The notes under the pieces are model-generated. The model made no database searches. It worked only from the letters and a program-made list of their open reading frames with translations, and was not told where the DNA came from. The translations under genes were made by a program, and so were the position numbers. Below, one piece after another: positions 1 to 14,078 of a DNA stretch of 64,000 nt. This DNA is from Octopus vulgaris (lineage: Eukaryota). The stretch spans positions 37,572,001-37,636,000 of the forward strand of contig OX597831.1 in NCBI GenBank assembly GCA_951406725.2, in the 5' to 3' direction. The first letter of the stretch is position 1. Every line of letters begins with the position of its first letter.

Positions 1-392
1 TTTATGGTTCATCTCCCTGCAGATCTCGTCCTATCTCCATCTCCCTGTAGACAGCTTTAACTCACTCACTGGAATCCTTATCGTTGTTGTTGATTATACT
101 TGACCGGCCAGACCTTGGATCAAAGCATCTAGGTCATGACTTTTCGCTCGCTCATTCTATTCAAGTAAGACTGTGCCATATTATCTGATTTTCTTTATTT
201 ATGGTTGATCTTCCTGCAGATCTCGTCCTACCTCCAACTCTCCATAGACAGCTTTAACTGCCTCACTAGAATCCGTATCGTTCTTGTTGATTATAGTTGA
301 CCGGCCAGACCTTGGATCAAAGCATCTAGGTCATGACTTTTCGCTCGCTCATTCTATTCGAGTAGTACCGTACCACATTATCTAATTTTCTT
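1..392. repeat. Tandem duplication, ~197-bp unit, 2 copies visible
   Basis: tgaccggccagaccttggatcaaagcatctaggtcatgacttttcgctcgctcattctattc occurs at 101 and 298 and the flanks also align; may continue left of the window. Confidence 0.9.
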
Positions 393-889
393 CCCATTTT
401 AAGAAGGGAGGTTAAATTCTTTTCTAATTATTTGCGGCTATTTTGAGCATATAAATCTCGGGTGAGAGATCAGAATTTTTTCTTGTGTGAGAGTTTCAAA
501 GAAAAGATCAACTCTCAGTTACAGAGTGGGCACAACAGCAAAAATACAGGAAAAAGCGCTGACATAAGCTCTATCAATGCTGCAATATAAGGCTTGAAAT
601 CTGAAGTTATTCATGGTACAAACAGCAACCATGAAAACAGTCTAACTCCGCCGTTGCGCATGTTGTAATTGTTTCGGCGGGTTTATTTTTTTAAGGCTAA
701 ATGTCACTAGCCAATTTACATCATTGCCTAGGGGCATTTTGCTATGTAACATGTATTACAGAGGATCTTTTCGTTGGGATTAAACGTTCCTTAGTTTCTT
801 ACTCTTTACATGTGTGGGGTATTGCAGTTGGTTGAGGTCCTTACCACTAATCAATAATGTCGTTCACTGGGTGCGTTTCATTTCACACC

Positions 890-1180
890 ATGGTGGTACT
901 TCTTCGCTCACGACGAAGAAGGTTCCAGTTGATCTATTCTATCGTGAAATTAACGTGCAAGCGACTGAGCAGTCCACAGACACCAGTACCTTAACGCAGT
1001 TCTCAGGGTGAATTACTGTGACTCAGAATGAGACAAGGCTGTCCGTTTGGATTACAGGAACATCTCATTTTTACTAGCTTAAGCAACGTGTAGTGAAACA
1101 ATGGGAAATAATGTGTGTTGCTCAAGGACACCGCTCCGCCGATCTTAAGCGTGATCCCCTAATCACTTAGCTACGTTCCT
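890..1180 (-). mobile_element. tRNA-derived SINE, family C (degenerate)
   Basis: Reverse complement aligns with the copies at 17508-17818 and 29688-30008 (gtgtccttgagcaa CORE-like segment, shared 3' tail). Confidence 0.75.
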
Positions 1181-1449
1181 TTATACACCAATGATAGAGA
1201 TCCCTTTCTATTTTCCCGTCATTTGTTATTTTATTTCTATAGCTTTTAAAGTTCCGATGCTGTTTCTCTTCCTAAACATTCTATAGCGTGGCAAGTACAT
1301 AAAAGACAGTATCTGAATAAGACCGTCATGTACCTTCCTACGATTAATTTATAAAAGGATCACACACACACATGCACACACAAAGAAGGAGAGGGTGAAG
1401 AAAGTGATAGAGAGTGAATAAGACTCTATCAAAGTATGAGCATTTATAT

Positions 1450-2380
1450 ATAGAATGAAAAATCCGAGCGCAGAATTCTAGAATATTCAAAAAGAATTGA
1501 AATTGGAAAAGTACAGTACAAGGGGTAATACAATAAAAAGTGCAGACACAGAATGCTAGAATATTCTTATGTCTTGAACATGGAAAATTACAGAAGATAA
1601 AAACAAAAACTTAAAATATTGTTGAAGTTAGAATTTTAAAGCAAAAATAATAATAAATACACTTATATATATCTTTCCACAACGGTTTAAATCAAAATAC
1701 TCAAGAAGCTATTTATTTTCATTTTTAGTGAAAAGATTAATTGCCTGCAAATTTACACGTCAAAAATTTGATATTTCATATTTTTATATTTAAAAACTTA
1801 CACAATAGCAATTTGAGTAAAATTGACAATGTATTATAAGCCCAGAATTTTTGTTTTTTTGAGAGTCATTTCTACATTTTGTACTCCATTTGTTCCTTAG
1901 CTTTCATTTTCGTAAATATTCTTCTAAAGTAAACAGAGTATAATTTGTCATCTGATAATGCACATTTAAAAGAAATTAATTCTTCTGTTTCTTTAAAAAA
2001 CAATTTTTCTATATTTTTTGCTCTTTCTAATTACATATATTGCACATGGCTCCAATCTTATAACACAATATCTGTTATTTAAAATATTTGGATAATGAGT
2101 TATGCTAAGCCGATAAAATTAAAATAAACAACAACATAACAGAAATATTTTAGCTCAATACAAATAAATTTTTAAGCAAAATATTGACTTAGAATGGTTA
2201 GCAATAACGAGTCAAAAACATTTTACACATTATTTGATTAACAGTTTCAGAAATATATTTAGCAAATTTTAACTTCCGTAGCAGTACATTAAGATGTTTT
2301 TTTTCCTTGTCCTGTACTTTTCCAAGTCCAATACATAAGAATATTCTAGGATTCTGCATGCGCATTATTCATTCTGCACC
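1450..2380. mobile_element. Old TIR element/MITE-like remnant
   Basis: agaattctagaatattc...ggaaaagtacagtacaagg near 1470-1525 (repeated near 1550-1600) is the inverted match of ccttgtcctgtacttttcc...gaatattctaggattctg at 2305-2357. Confidence 0.5.
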
Positions 2381-2732
2381 ACTTTTTTTCCCAGATAACT
2401 CTTCTACTATTGTAATTCATAATATTTAATTTCATAATTGAAGAAATCATACTATTATCTTTTATCTTTTACTTCCTTCACTCATTAGATTGCCACCAAC
2501 CTGGGGCACCGCCTTATAGAACTTTAGTCGAATAAATAAAACCCAGTACTTTTTAAGACTAGAACATATTCTATCAGTTTCTTTTACCGAATCGCTTAAT
2601 CGCAGAGACATATTTTGAAAAACAAAGTTTCCTTTGTTCAAACTGAAAAAAATTCTAGCACCTAAACATAACATAGGATTAATAGAACAATATCTGTCAC
2701 AAGTAAATATAAATATTTTAAAAATTATTACA

Positions 2733-2907
2733 GCGCAGAAGTGGCTGTGTGGTAAGTAGCTTGCTTACCAACCACATGGTTCCGGGTTCATTCCCACTGC
2801 GTAGCGCCTTGGGCAAGTGTCTTCTACTATATCCTTGGGCCGACCAAAGCCTTGTGAGTAGATTTGGTAGACGGAAACCGAAAGAAGCCCGTCCTATATA
2901 TGTATAC

Positions 2908-2972
<65 letters not shown>

Positions 2973-3220
2973 CGTGCGTGTGTGTGTCTGTGTGTGTGTA
3001 CGTGTATGTTTGTATATCTGTGTTTGTCCCCCCAACATCGCTGGAGAACTGATGGTGGTGAGTTTACGTCCCCGTAACTTAGCGGTTCGGTAAAAAAAAT
3101 CCAATAAAATAAGTACTAGGCTTCCAAAGAATAAGTCCTGGGGTCGATTTCCTCGAATAAAAGGTGATGCTCCAGCATGGCCGCAGCCAAATGATTGAAA
3201 CAAAGAAAAGAGTAAAAGAA
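2733..3220 (+). mobile_element. tRNA-derived SINE, family A (octopus CORE-type-like), full length with internal (TA)n(TG)n
   Basis: A box TGGCTGTGTGG, B box GGTTCATTCC, ccttgggcaagtgtctt CORE-like motif, 3' tail ccagcatggccgcag...gaaac-aaaagag; many copies in the window. Confidence 0.9.
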
Positions 3221-4590
3221 ATATATTGTTCTATTTAAATTATTTTTTTAATGAGTGAGATTTTTATATTAATATGTTTTAATTACGTATATAATTTAAT
3301 ATATAAACAGAATAATAATAATTAATATGAAAAGACAAAAGCTAATCACTTTTTTCTACTTAAAAACACAAAAATATTTCTTGAACCCCACTTTTTTTTC
3401 GTTACTTAAAGCCACACCACGTTTTAGTGGCTAAAAGTTTTTGATGAGCTCTTTCGTTTGAATACAACTATGGTATAGTCTTATTTTACAACAGCTGAGA
3501 TATTGTGTTTCAAAATAAATTACCAATTCTTTCATCACTGAAAATCACATTACCTTTCTCGTAGCTAATAGATTTTAGCGAATTTTTCACTAAAACATCT
3601 TTCACTAAAACACCTCCAATTTTAATTACTATAAGCTTTTGAAGTAACGGACATATTTTGAAGTTTAATATTTTCGCGTTACTCTCACATTTTCAGTTTG
3701 ACCTAACATTCATAGTTTGACCTAACTTCCATTCATAATTTAACCTAAATTTCAATTATTTTATTCCAAAATGTAGCTTTGGATAGGACAATGTTAAAAA
3801 AAACTGCATTCAATCTAATTGAGAACTGAATTAGTCATGGAACCTAGAATTGTTCGTGAGTAAAAGTTTACCCTAAAAATATATTCACCCATTGCCGCGG
3901 ATTAACGATACACTCATGTATACAGGTGTCTTGTGTGATGAGTATTTACATATACCCAAAGGTATATCAGTGACTTGCATATGACGTTGAAGAAACAGAC
4001 GTACATTTCATGGTTTTGAGTATCGGTGAGGAATACAATTGTTTCATGTCGTTGAGCGGAATTGATAATTTGGGTTATATGAGATGAATATGGTAAAGTG
4101 AGATATCAAGATTGATTCGGGATATTGACATAGCTAACATACACTTCAACGGTAACAATTACTGAATAACATTTGTTGTGATCGGGTAACGGAAGTGTAT
4201 GTTACGAATTGAAATGAATAGAGAAGGCACAGTTAATTAATTACTAATTTACATGAAATTTTAATTTAGAATATTATTCAAAATATTCATGAAGTTATTC
4301 AAATTTCCCTGAGTGCCAAAACCCATGCTAAAATTGAAATATGATAAACAGAACTGAAGGAGTGATGGTTTTAGATGATTCTCCTAGATATTATAACTTT
4401 TATAATTCACTGGTCGATGTACAGCTGACCTAAAACTCAGTTACGCTTTTTTTGGGGGGGTAGACAATCGATGTCTATCGTTTTTGGTTAGATCCAGGTT
4501 GTAAACACCTGTAACGGAAAAATATAAGGTAGTGCAATTTAGGCGCGCTCATAACATTAATATGGGCGAACATCATCTCATATTTTCTAA

Positions 4591-4797
4591 GGCGGCGAAC
4601 TGGAAAAGTCGTTAACACTCCCGGCAAACTTCTTAGCGTTATTTTGTCCGTCTTTATGTTCTAATTACAAATACCGCCGAATTATGCCTTTCGGCATTTC
4701 GGGGTCAATCAGATAGATTCCATTTCAGGACAGGGTCGATGTAATCGACAAACCCCCTCCCACGAAATTGCTGGTCTTGTACCAAAATTTGCAACCA
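4591..4797 (+). mobile_element. SINE family B (degenerate)
   Basis: ggcggcgaactgg head and gtcgatgtaatcgac body shared with other family B copies. Confidence 0.7.
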
Positions 4798-6424
4798 TTA
4801 TCTAACACCGCTTTTCCAATTTTTACCTATAATAGAAAGCATGCGGTGTGAGAGTCATTGCCTATTTCTACCAGATTGAAAGACCACAATAAACTTCATT
4901 TAGCTCTTCAAAAGGCGAGAGTTCAAGTGGCGTACAGTGCTGCTCCACAATAGCTACCGCTGAAATAATTTCAAATAAAAGAAAATATGTCTTATGAAAT
5001 GAAGTGTGATTGTTTATCGAAACGAAAATAATGGAACGTGCGAAATATCATTATGTTGATTACTAATATATTTATTAATATATATTAATCTTCTTTCTTC
5101 GCTCTTTTGCACCACAAGGCCTCAACCCACTTCGTCTCTTCATCTCACACCTCACTCACCTCTCCTCTTAATTGATACCACCCACACCATTCCACTCACA
5201 CCAATTCTGACCACTTCCCAGCTACCACACGACATACCATCATTTACACACACACGCACAATCTGCAATAGCATCACCACACATACCACTATATGAGCAG
5301 CCGCACACACAGTTTAACTCAGTACACACACTGCACACCACCATGCACACTCCCACGAGCATATAATATACTTATATATATATATATATATATATATATC
5401 AGTATTAATTTTGGCAGCTGGCCGCAATATAAACCGTATAGGCAAAATTTAGTTTTTACTGAATGTGCTAAAAGCACACATAATTCTAGAAATATGAGTT
5501 AAACCTCGCGCAAATCCACATTTATATATACTGACAGGGTAGATAACTGCCCCATACATACATACAAACACACATACAAACATATTTTCATTGTGCGCCA
5601 TCAATTTACTTAATAAGGAATGATTATTCCATAAAGGTTCGATAACCTTTTCGTACAAATATATTGAGTTGAGTTAGATAGGATAATACGTGAAAGATAC
5701 ACTACTTCCCGATGTAAAAATCGATTGCCAAAAACAAAATCGAACGCAAAAACTCTTAGTGTGTTGTTCTACTCTGGATAACGTTAACTCCAATAAACCA
5801 CTTCTGGTTACTTTGTCGATTCCCTACCTTAAAAGGAAAAGTCGGCTTTTGTATGATTCGAAACCTGAAAGTATAGAAATGTAACTGTACCCCCAGCCCT
5901 TGATATTTTCTCTACCGTTCTATCGATCTCATCAAATGCAATAACAATAATGGCCAGTCAATAAATTAGGTTTTACTTGAAAGTTCGAGGTAAAAATAAA
6001 AAGCATCCAATCACTCTCAAAATTACCAAAGGCAGAAACCTAGAAATTTCGTTTTAATATTTCGTTTGTCTCTCAAAGACTGGAATTGAAGAGGCTAAAG
6101 TTATCTTGTAAAAAAATTTAGCAAAAGCAATCAATAATTTATTCATTAATTAGAAAATTAATTGAATAATTACTTAATTAGCAACATCAATGTCACGCTA
6201 AACTTGGATCAACTTTGTTTCAGCAGGCTTATATTCAAAAGCATTCGAACTGAAACCATTCTGCTGTTTTGAGGTAAAGTATCATTTCATCACTCACTAC
6301 TCATACGTTTATCGCTTCTTAAATGATACGGTGCTTTGCAGGAGATTTGGTAAATCTTTCCAGTAGATTGAGGGATCACGTAGCGGTTTCCTAATTTACT
6401 CGCCATTTTTCTGTTTTCTACAGG

Positions 6425-6608
6425 GCATAAGGTCGAAAGTTTTGGAAGAGTGCAGTGACCAGCGTCATTGACTGACGCTTTATTTCATCGATTCTGAACG
6501 AAAAAATGGAAGTCGATCTCGGATTAATTTGAACTTGGAACGTAAGGCTGGTGTAAATGCCGTTAAGCCATCTGTCCAACGTGCTAACGATTCTACCAGC
6601 GCGTCGCT
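6425..6608 (-). mobile_element. SINE family B (degenerate)
   Basis: gtgctaacgattctaccagc end and tttgaact B-box region match family B. Confidence 0.65.
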
Positions 6609-7687
6609 TGTTTTCTTTTATTCTGCTCGAATTATATTTTTCACAGCGAGGAACTGGCAGAGTCGCTAGAACATCGGAGAACTTCCTTGCTCTAACTCTT
6701 CCGGCTCTTTATTTTCTGAATTCAAAATTTGCCTTTCAGCCCATCGCAATCGATAAAACAGAGTACCACGGAAGTACTGCGATCGATACTAACAGCTCCA
6801 CCCTTTGCCACATTTTTACTATTCTGGATCCTAAATAAGAAAATCATTGCATTGTTGTATTTGCGTGTTGAAAGTTCGCGTCCACAGTATTCATCTTTTT
6901 TCCATGGTAAGATATGCATTGAAGTCCGTCACGGCCGGGCGACCGCATAATGATGTCACGATCGGGCGACTGCATGAGGACTTACTTGTTGCCTCACATC
7001 ATTTACACTTATTAGATGAAAGCACTGAAAATTTTTTTCAAAAAAGGAGCGATGCAATGGGAATGAACAAGAAACTACGCAAACCACAATATCATGCCGA
7101 GAATCGAAACCGAGGCGAGTGGCTGAAAACCAGATATTTTAACCACTCTAGATTATTTCTCATAAGTTGTTTCTTGGCCGTGAAAGGAACTGAAATTATT
7201 GCAAATAGTGTCTAAATTTGAAATCAAGATTCAAAGAAATGCAAGTACATGAGCCCACTTCATGTTTGTCTACAGACCTTCTCAAGAGAGTTACATTATT
7301 AAGGATTATTTGCACGTGATAAAAAATGCGTAAGAGTATGATTGGCCAGCATCTACTCTAGGCTGATAAATTTAAGTACAGCCAAGTATTGACATTTGCT
7401 AAATCCCTCCCCTCAAAATAACTGCCCTAAATTAGAAAAAATAATGCCGTAGTTGTAAAAATCATAAAACAGTATATTATTGGTATTTATTACGATAAGT
7501 TTCTATGGAGTTACATAACATCCTCAATATAGTAGTCATTTACTTAAATCACATCCGAATTTCTCTTCAGCTTTTATTTTAGGTACGAGGCCTGACGTTT
7601 TTGAGGACAGGTGTCAAGTGGATTACATCGACCCCAGTACTTAATTTTAAAACTGCTGGCCTTGTGCCAGATTTCGAAACCATTTCT

Positions 7688-7845
7688 TACTTCCGCCTTC
7701 GCTAAGACGGAAATTATTGTTTTCAGTCGTGTTTGTTTGTTTGTTTGTCCGTGGACAAGATATCTCAAGACCCGCTGAATGGATTCGGGTGAAACTTTCA
7801 GGGATATTTGGCACGAACTAACTAGATTTGGGGATCGATCTGCTA
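7688..7845 (+). mobile_element. Helentron/DINE-1-like non-autonomous element 5' fragment
   Basis: cttccgcc...gacgga short inverted repeat, then (gttt)n microsatellite, then gatatctcaaga...ggattcgggtgaaactttcagg, the typical HINE/DINE-1 layout. Confidence 0.55.
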
Positions 7846-9945
7846 GTTACCCACTCCCATAAATTCATGTCTTGCACCTATGGGAGAAATAATTACTAAT
7901 ATTATTATCAGTATTGGTAGTAGTCAACTTCGTAGTCGTCCGTCGTCGTTGTCGTAATAATAATAGTAGTGGTAGCAACAGTGCTTGTTGCTACCTTATA
8001 AGACGAAGCTGATTCATCTATCCTATGTTCACAAGTATTAACCTGATTTTCTGTTTTTGCAGGCTATCTCAAAATTGTGTTACACATTATCGTAAAAAAA
8101 TTTTAAAATTCGCATTTTTAAACGGCAGGTCATAATTTGAAGATTACTTGGCTACTATATCTAGGATTATAGATCAGTGTTTCCTAATCTTTTGTAAATC
8201 CTACACATCTATTGCAGGAAAGTCGCATCGATCATCTCCAATTGTTGTCGTTTGTTTAATTTTTTTTTATATGTCGGTATTCAGATGCAGGCAAAGTCTA
8301 AATTAAATTCATCCGACCCCCACTCAGTAATGTAGTGTAGCATCAATATCGTTGCTAATGACTCGGGTTTTCGAAACTCATCGGTATTTTTGCTCTCGTA
8401 TTGATTTGTAGAAGTGTTTGGTTGTAAATTTCTGAGTGGCTCATTTCGTAGTGATGTTTTAATTAAGAAACATTAATTTGAGTAGGACATGATACTGTAG
8501 AACAAACACATATATCAAATATCACAAGGGGAAATTGTAATCCAAGTTTTCTGTTCCCCTTTCTTACCTGTAAGTTTTGAGCGCATAAATATAAGAACAA
8601 CTTTAAAATGTAATTTATATTAGGAACAGGCTGACATTTTGTACCCCAGTGAGAGAAGAAATAACGTAAGGAAATAATGAAGTAGAATGGCGAATGATCT
8701 ATAGTATTTCTGCGTACCAAAAACGGCATCCATGGCAAATTTGTTTGCGATATTTTCTGTTCAAGATGAATGACATTCTTAGATAGTACATATGTATATG
8801 TGTCCATGTACGTGTGATAACCTCAGCGAATATATGTGACAATGAGAGTATGAACGTGTGTCTTTGCGAGTACGCATGTGCGAATAATGTGTTTGCATGA
8901 ATGTATATCTATATGGGTATGTATGTATGGTTATATGAGCATGTATGTATGACTCGGAGGATTATGCGTGAATACAGGACCACGTATCTACGAGAATGCG
9001 CTGCACGTACGTGTGACTGTATGAACATCTATGAGTGCCTATGTGATCATGTATGTGCAACAATGTGTTTGCCTGTATGTGTAACCATGTGCGCATGTAT
9101 GACATTACATGAACATGTATGTGTGTTTAGTGGCTTGCTTGTGTGTTTCTGTAAACGAATCGAATGATTGATAAATATGCGTGAAGGGAAATATTTGACC
9201 AAGAGAATTTAGAGGATATTCTACAAGAAGTTACGGTTAAAAGCCGGCTCAGAACGCTACTAAAAGGCAATTAGTTTGAGAAATTGGCAAATCAGATTGT
9301 CAAAGTTTTGGTATGATTACTTGAATGGGAAACGAATGCAGACTGGAAATTCAAATTGTGCAAAAGGTAATTATATGACCTTTGTAGCATGTGATTTCTA
9401 CCATGTAATGGATGAAGTCTAGCGATGGTTAATGTACAGCTCATACCCAAAATATATAATCCAGTGTTTCAATTCATATAGACATGTTTGTAGACCAAAA
9501 TCAGTTCGAATATTAAATGTTCTTGTTTCATTGACGGAAACTTTGGGCAAACATCTTCTGTAAATGGAGTAGATATTGAAGAATATTCAATATAAATAAA
9601 ATGATATTCTAAATTCAGTTAAGGATATAGAAAATACTCTCATGAATAAATATAGTCAAATCAATTGTGTATGTAGAAACGTTACTGACATCGATATTCA
9701 AGTCTTCTGAAATCTGATATATATATAGAATAATAAAATGAGCAAAGGTTTCAGAGTTTCATAATCCCTTTCCAAACTCTACAGCTGTTTCAACGGTTAA
9801 ATACGTACATGTAACTATTTTCATCAATATAGGAAAATACATGATTAATCTAAATTTGGAGAATACAACCTCTCATCAGAAATTATGATTGAAATATCAA
9901 TCGAAATACTATTGAGTTTTTGTTCACCCTGACATAAACGAAGCA

Positions 9946-9962
9946 GAGAGAGAGAGATAGAT

Positions 9963-10027
<65 letters not shown>
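9946..10027. repeat. (GA)n microsatellite
   Basis: Direct reading. Confidence 0.95.
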
Positions 10028-10030
<3 letters not shown>

Positions 10031-10774
10031 ACTCGTTAAATTGATTATTCGAGATGAGATAGAAACTGCTAATAAATGCTTAGATAATGGAGGTAAAACC
10101 ACAATTTCTTTTTTAAGCTCCACACGTACTTAAATTAAGCCTTAACATAGAAAGTATTAAGATTGTTATTTCCATCTGCATTTTATATTAAACATATTAT
10201 TAGCTATGATATTAAATTCTAAAAGTCCAGCTACATGCCTTTAGCGTTGAGGCTGACTGGCCGCACAGCGTCTTGAACGTAACCTTTCCCGCAGACGGAA
10301 TGAAACTTGAAACTATAAACCGTTTTACCATTCTCCGTTTTTGCATTACTATACCAAATTGAAATGACAACTATTTATATTCAGAAAGCTATTTTTATTT
10401 ATATACTTTCGCCATATACAAAGCATCATTCAGTGACAGTGTACAAACTTGTTTCTTAGTTACTAATTTGCAAGTCGCTCAAATCAACCATTTTTATCAA
10501 AAGTGACAAAGAAGGAATTAGAGAAGTCATAACAGGTCAGTGACTTAAAACATTATATTTCTTTAACAATATAACATGAGAAGAACAATGAAGTAAGACT
10601 TGTAACGAAATCCTTATTATTGTTAATGAAGATAACATCATCATTTTGATACCATTCAATGTACTTACAATAAAATCAATGAAACTCTTTCATTGTCTGG
10701 GTACGTCATCTCTTTCTCCCAGGCGAAGCCCTTTGTACGCCCACACATGCCTCATATGACAGTGGTTGTACTAG

Positions 10775-10825
<51 letters not shown>

Positions 10826-10932
10826 AATTGAGAACCCTACAGTCTCTTATGTTGTGGTTTAATAAAGTATGTGATTGAGTATTATCTGGTAATTGATATT
10901 TGTTTTAGATGTATTTCTCCATTTTCTTATCT

Positions 10933-10967
<35 letters not shown>

Positions 10968-11080
10968 CTTATAAATAAGGGCAATATTTATAAGTTGTTT
11001 ATAATTTTAACCTTTAAACGTACTTTTTAATATGCTGGCCATTGATAAAATTATTTTTTCGAAAAAATTTTATCCTACAT

Positions 11081-11132
<52 letters not shown>

Positions 11133-11747
11133 ATTTAACTTTGGGAGGAGCATTAAGCCGGTAATAATAAACACACGCACTGATTCGTTCCTTTATTGTT
11201 ATTCTTCTGTCTTTTTCCTGTTGTTATTTCTGTTTTTCTTATTTTTCTTTGTCAAATATTTATTTCATCGCAATTTTTCAATCTCTTACGTGACATGTCC
11301 CTCAACTTCCATTTCATTTGAACTTATGTTCCAGTGTTTGGTCCGAAATCTTGTCCAGGGATTGGTCCTAAATCAATCTTAGATAAGTATGTGAGTGTGT
11401 GTATGTGTGCGTGTTTATACGTAAGGTTGTGCATCCGTATGTGTGTGTATTGTTTTAAATGCTAACTTACGTCATTCTTCATGTACATAAGATAGAAATT
11501 TTGGATTTATCTCTGCTTTCTTTCCAAATGCACACGTCTATTCATAAGACGCTTCTCTCAAAGACATAAGAAAGTACAAAAGAAAAGAAAGATGGAGGAA
11601 TGCAAATCGTCAACAGTCCTCATGTATGTATGTACGTGTGTGTAAAAAGCTTTCTTCATTTCTTAATGTGGGGGAGGTATACGATGGTACGCTAGCATTT
11701 ACAAAGTAGTGCAGTACATCTTATTGCAGAAACACCAGTAAAATCTG

Positions 11748-11936
11748 TTACTCTTGTACTCTCTTACTTCTTTCAGTCATTTGTCTATGGCCATGCTGCA
11801 GCACCCACTTTACTCGAGCAAATATACCCCAGGACTTATTCATTGTAAGCCTAGTATTTATTCTATTGGTCTCTTTTGCCAAACCGCTAAGTTACGGGGA
11901 CGTAAACACACCAACATAAACACACACACACACATA

Positions 11937-11991
<55 letters not shown>

Positions 11992-12144
11992 ACGATGGGT
12001 TTCCTTCAGTTTCCGTCTACCAAATCCACTCACAAGGCTTTGGTCGGCCCGAGGCTATAGTAGAAGACACTTGCCCAAGGGGCCACGCAGTGGGAATGAA
12101 TCCGTTGGTAAGCAAGTTACTTACCACACAGCTACTCCTGTGCC
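11748..12144 (-). mobile_element. SINE family A
   Basis: Reverse complement of family A with internal (TA)n/(CA)n. Confidence 0.9.
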
Positions 12145-12268
12145 TACTGAAGTCTACCACATAAGTTTTCTTCTTTTATCATTTATATAATCTTTTAATA
12201 CGCTCTGTACACAACAGCGTATCCTTGTCGTTAGTATTATTACGCTAACGTTGTTGGTATCATTATGC

Positions 12269-12340
<72 letters not shown>

Positions 12341-12380
12341 TGGGTGGGTGTTTGTGCGTGTGTGTCTCTGTATGTATATC

Positions 12381-12555
12381 GATGTAGGAGTGGCTATGTG
12401 GTAAGTAGCTTGCTTACCGGCCACATGGTACCGTGTTCAGTCGCCCTGCGTGGCACCTTGGTCGAATGTCTTCTAGTATAGCCACGGATCGACCAAGGCC
12501 TTATGAGTGGATTTGGTAGACAGAAACTTAAAGTCCGTCTTACATATGTATGTAT

Positions 12556-12616
<61 letters not shown>

Positions 12617-12819
12617 GGTATGTTTGTGCATATGTTTGTAGGTGACTCCCCCACTATTGCTTGAGAACTGATGTTGCTGTGTATACGTCTCCGTAACTTA
12701 CTGGTTCGGCAAAAGAAACCAATAGAAGAATAAGTACTGGCGTCAAGTTGGTCGACTAAAGGCGGTGCTCCAGAATGGCTGTAGTCAAATGACTGAAACA
12801 AATAAAAGAATAAAAGAAT
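12381..12819 (+). mobile_element. SINE family A
   Basis: Head, CORE-like segment, internal microsatellite and tail all present. Confidence 0.9.
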
Positions 12820-13304
12820 ATATCTATATATTTAGGTATGTATATATGACTTCATGTTTTTGTGTGCGTGTGTGTGTGTATGTGGAGAGAGTGTTTCTGA
12901 AGTCATTTAATAATAGTATTTCATAACAGAAAGATAATGTTGTGATAGTCTGCAGTACCTGGAAGGTGTTTGTATTGTTCTTAATACGCTGTGTTGTCGG
13001 TGATATATTTATGTTTTTATTTTAACATTTCGTAAAATATTTTCTATTTAGCCTGTTTTCCATTATTCAGATTACAAAGAATTGACTGTCTACATTATAT
13101 GTCTTTCTCCTCATAATCTACCATGTCAAAAACATACGAGTACCGTTTCAGGTATGTGGGTAACTTGCTTCCGCAAGCCTCTGAGACTTACGTGCAAAAT
13201 TACCGCCATTTTCACGGGGTTTGAAGACAAATTTATGGTAGAGCCACTGAAGAGAAAGCGACTTACGTAGAATGGGCAACGATAGTTATTCATTTATTCA
13301 AAAT

Positions 13305-13505
13305 CTTCTTTTACCTTTTTCAGTCATTTGACTGTGCCCATGCTGGAGCAACCGTTAGGAGTTTTAGTCGAAGAAATTGCCCCCAGGACACGTTCTTCGT
13401 AACCCTAGTACTTGTTCTAAGTTACAGGGATGTAACCACAGCAGGATCGGTTGTCAATTGATAGAGGGCCAGGACTAACACGGACACAAACAAATATATA
13501 TATCT
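13305..13505 (-). mobile_element. SINE family A, 3' fragment
   Basis: cagtcatttgactg...catgctggagca tail. Confidence 0.75.
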
Positions 13506-13718
13506 ATAAGACACTAGAATGTTTTCCTTCTTCTCTTGACATGGAACAAATGCTGGCCTTAATTCACAAATAAAACAGAATATAAATACATATATATGAA
13601 AATTCAAATAATCAGGGTGATAAATTGAATATTGATTCAATTAACCACCCTCATTATTTAAATTATATATATATACATACATATGTATATACATCCATAT
13701 ATATATCCATGTACGTAA

Positions 13719-13765
<47 letters not shown>

Positions 13766-13849
13766 AATATATATATTTGCATATATATATAAATATATAT
13801 CTTCATACGTACATACATGCATATATATATTTATTTATTTATTTATCTA

Positions 13850-14011
13850 TTTTCTCTCTTCATTTTCTGTCCTTCTTTCCGTGTTCCCTTCTTGCGGAAG
13901 AGCGTAAGCCTGGAACGTTAAAGACTTTTTCACTTCCCGAGCGTTATACTAATCTGATTGTTGTCTACAACACCTGTCTTCGTCTTTTGTTTTTTTTCAT
14001 GTGAATTCTCT

Positions 14012-14015
<4 letters not shown>
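13850..14015 (+). mobile_element. Short (TA)n-inserted element with decayed hammerhead-like motif (Penelope pLTR-like)
   Basis: Flanked by TA tracts; aligns with the reverse complement of 50290-50470 (gaagagc...gc..gaacgt.aaagact). Confidence 0.6.

Positions 14016-14072
<57 letters not shown>

Positions 14073-14078
<6 letters not shown>

Noticed and set aside
2733-2805. tRNA-like heads as functional tRNA genes (also at 29700 and 41188)
   Set aside because: A and B boxes are present but there is no complete cloverleaf, and each continues into a SINE body
5455-5495. CTGAAT-GTGC-TAAAA-GCAC stem-loop in a TA-flanked element
   Set aside because: Core incomplete and GAAA absent
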